DNA of 64,000 nucleotides from Selaginella moellendorffii. Lineage: Eukaryota > Plantae > Lycopodiophyta. Shown here one piece after another: positions 61,089 through 64,000 of the stretch. Every line of letters starts with the position of its first letter. The first letter of the stretch is position 1. A program made the translations under genes and the position numbers. Where the stretch lies: positions 1,200,463 to 1,264,462 of the forward strand of contig NW_003314266.1 of the NCBI RefSeq assembly GCF_000143415.4, written 5' to 3'. Below the pieces are notes generated by a model. It was not told the DNA's origin and did no database searches. It saw nothing but the letters and a program-made list of their open reading frames with translations.

Positions 61089-62488
61089 GTATACATGCTC
61101 TCTTTCATCTTCTCTCCAGTTCCAGCCAGTGTTTATTTAGTCGTCTCTGCGGCTTGTTTCGTCTTGTCTCTCATCTACAAGATTCGTCTCAACACCACAT
61201 CTTTGATTCCAGAGTTTTTATTTACCTGCTGGAGCGTATTTCCTGAGCAGTGCCTTTCATGTCCTGCAGAGTCTCCGAATGAAACGAAGAAGGAGAATAA
61301 ACAGAACCTCTTTCTTCTGATTGGCGTGGAGAGGTTTCTAAGCATGGATTTCTTCTTGGTTCCACTGCTGGTTATTTAAAACTAATTACCTTTTATGATA
61401 TATATAAATTAAGCCTCCTTTTGCGAGTATAAAAGATCACAAAGAACTACTAGGCCTTTTTCATTCTTCCAGTCAGTAAAAGGGCAATAGAGTACAATTG
61501 TCAAAGAGATTGTTGAAAAAGCACAAGAGGCATGCCGAAAACAATAAACTCAAACATCATTAGTTTAACATGAAGCATAAGAACTATGAGTCTTCATTCA
61601 CACTTTTTGACTTGGAGGCAAGCTTGGATACTTTGTATAAAAAACAATAAAGCACCCCAAGAGGAGGCTTCTTAAATGGATGGTCCATATATTATACTAT
61701 AATAATTAGTGTATCATATATATGTATATATATGTATATGTATATTGTATTTATATATTTTATATTTTTATTAAAAACTGAGTAAATTTTAAAATTATTA
61801 TATTTATATATTATTACAAATTTTTATGTTATAAATTATTTAATATTTAAATTAAACAAAACATTAAAAAAATTACTATTAATTTTTTATAGAAATAGTT
61901 AATAGTTTACAACTGATTGTAGTTCACTTATAAACTTTATGAAATACAACTATTAAAAAATTATTTCAATTTTAATTTATTATAACTCTGCTAATTTTTA
62001 ATTTTATAATAAGTTATAAACTATAACTTATAACTATAACGTAGTATTACTGTTTTATTTTACAAATATTTCATCAATCAACTATACCAAAAAAATATTT
62101 ATTGTGAGGGCCAAGTGTACGGCTACGATGCCGTATACTAATATTAGCGTAGTGGGATTTTGGTAGCCGTCGGATTGGTTTCAATCCGGACCACTCGCTC
62201 CTGTATATAAACTAGAGTTTTTGGGTTAATTAATATGCACATTTCTATATTCCCTTTCCATATTCCATGCACTCACATTGGTGGAGGTGAGAGGCACCTT
62301 TGATTATCCCTGGGGAGTGCTTGGATTTGGGATTTCAGTTTAGATCTAGTTTTTCCCATTTCCTTTCTTTTGTTCTTTCCTTTCAGGATTTTGGTTTAAA
62401 TCTAACTTTTTGCATTGTCTAGATCTACCATTTCTTTCCAGCCTTTTGTCATTTCTCTTCTTTTGCTCTTTCTTTTTCATTCATCTTC

Positions 62489-63420
62489 ATGGCCGATCCG
62501 CAATCTCCTCCTTTGACTCTAGAGCAGCAGTTGGTTCAATTGCTTGATGTTATGCGCTTGCAATTGAACAACCAAACTCAGTTGATGGCGGCGTTCATGG
62601 CACATGGTACAACTCCTCCTGCTTTTGGTGCCAATCCTCGCGTTCGGCCGGAGTTCTTTCGTGGGAATCCTGGGGATGATGTGTACCATTGGTTTGATCA
62701 CTTCACGGTGATTGCCACATATCATTCTTGGGATGATGCTCGACGTTTGCGTGAGTTCCCCATATGTCTCCAAGGGACGGCTTTGCAGTGGTACAATGGA
62801 TTGAGCGCAGCCACTCGTGGCGATTGGAGTGTTCTTCCGGATGTCTTCAAACGCACCTTCGGCCACGTCGATGATTGTGATGATGCCTTCCAACAATTGC
62901 ATTGTCTTCGCCAAGGGCCATCTGAGTCGGTGATGCAATTTAGCATTCGTTTCCGAAGACTTTTGCTTCGTGCGGAGCCAAATATGTCGGAGCGGATCAA
63001 GCTAGGAATGTTGTGGCTAACACTTCGTCAAGATCTTGTCGGACTTGTGCATGCACTTGCTCCTGCCACTCTTGACGATGCTCTTCGCTTGGCACAATGT
63101 TATGAGACGTCGCCTCTTCCACTTCTTGCTACACGTCCTTCAGCTCCACTTCCTATGAGTGATGGTCCTGTTCCCATGGAAGTTGATGCTGCTGCTACTC
63201 GAGTCCAAGGACAAGGGCAAGGACGTGGTCGTGGCCGTGATATTCGTTGCTGGGCGTGTGATGAAGTTGGTCATACTTATCGGCGTTATCGGCGCTTTCC
63301 GGATTGGCGACCTCCATTTCTTGGGTGGAGACCTTGGCGTTAGCAACGTCCCATTGGTGCTGCTGCGGTGGAAGGTTTGGATACCGAGGTGCATTCGGGA
63401 AACGAGGAGTTGCGCGAGTA
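62489..63420 (+). pseudogene. gag with a premature TAG (63341) and a damaged zinc knuckle
   Basis: PEFFRG, LQGTALQWY, LRQGPSESV, PVPMEVD, CWACDEVGHTYRRY (last Cys now Tyr); frame continues past TAG to SGNEELRE*. Confidence 0.85.
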
Positions 63421-63984
63421 ATGGAGGGACCTTGCACGAATAAATTAGTGACCCCTCCATCTTTCTTTCGGGAGTATCATCAAGGGGTTCACTCAGCACC
63501 GGTTCATCCAGTGTTTACTTTCCAAGCTCGTTTTTATAACAAGAGGTCTCCTATTCTTCTCTCCGTGTTGGTTGATACAGGTTTGAGTTTATCTTCTATT
63601 GCTCGACTTGTTGCCACACGTTGTCATCTACACTTGCGTCATGCGGCGGATCCAGTTTTCATTCTTTATGGCAACGGCCGTACACATGCATGTGCACGAG
63701 ATGAGGCGGACCTGGTTGTGCGTGTGGGCGATCTCGAGCTTGAGTTGCAGTCGTTGCGGGTGGTGCCGAGTCAAGCTTTTGACCTCATTCTTGGTATGGA
63801 TTGGTTGCAGCGCAATCATGCCAAGTGTGACTTTGAGGCTTCTCCCCCTTGTCTTATACTTCTTTATGTTTCATCCATTCCTCTCACCTCTTCGTCCCTT
63901 TACTTCTACCTTTGCTTCCATTACTTTTGTTCCCCCACTGTTTCCTCTTGTGTTTCCATCTTGTTCTACTCTTCCCTTTTCTGA
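63397..63984 (+). CDS. Retrotransposon aspartic protease (start of pol), in the -1 frame relative to gag
   Basis: VLVDTG active site and FDLILGMDWLQR; frame degenerates after about 63850. Confidence 0.8.
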   Translation, partial: GKRGVARVMEGPCTNKLVTPPSFFREYHQGVHSAPVHPVFTFQARFYNKRSPILLSVLVDTGLSLSSIARLVATRCHLHLRHAADPVFILYGNGRTHACARDEADLVVRVGDLELELQSLRVVPSQAFDLILGMDWLQRNHAKCDFEASPPCLILLYVSSIPLTSSSLYFYLCFHYFCSPTVSSCVSILFYSSLF

Positions 63985-64000
63985 TCCCTCTGATGATCTT

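Larger units (their letters stand above)
62103..64000 (+). mobile_element. Ty3/gypsy LTR retrotransposon, 5' part (LTR 62103-62277, PBS, gag, protease)
   Basis: TGTGAG...CTCACA termini, internal TATATAAA, PBS TGGTGGAGGTG, gag and DTG protease. Confidence 0.92.

Noticed and set aside
63341-63349. Programmed stop-codon readthrough (TAG CAA)
   Set aside because: Context TAG CAA CGT does not fit UAG-CAR-YYA, and other decay (zinc-knuckle Cys to Tyr) favours a C>T mutation.

Overview
Gene-dense plant nuclear DNA with very short (about 45-80 nt) introns and tiny intergenic gaps. It is most consistent with a lycophyte such as Selaginella; this is inferred from compactness, a flagellar LF4/MOK kinase, a nucleus-encoded mitochondrial S7 and PLS-PPR debris. 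Conserved genes: TRS120/TRAPPC9, plastid YbaB/EbfC, CONSTANS-like, MRS2 Mg transporter, alpha-tubulin, dolichol kinase, VTI1, SINA-like E3, RPS26, plastid EamA, LF4/MOK, a TMEM242-like gene, mitochondrial RPS7, a NERD-domain gene, a WEB-family gene, AS8 and tRNA-Ser(GCT). Fast-evolving blocks between them: a tandem [EamA + F-box] array with microinversions; three intact and one decayed secreted two-domain genes (unknown alpha/beta domain ending in RDEL, then a GNA/bulb-type lectin); a duplicated and partly inverted block that split a kinase gene; a frameshifted 2OG-dioxygenase; and the 5' part of a Ty3/gypsy element. Best leads: (1) the RDEL-domain + mannose-lectin family as a candidate toxin/carrier defence system; (2) a decayed 5S-rRNA-bearing, Cassandra-like element at 8.6-9.4 kb; (3) a slippery site plus H-type pseudoknot (-1 frameshift signal) in the gypsy element. 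All homology calls are from recognition of motifs, not database searches.
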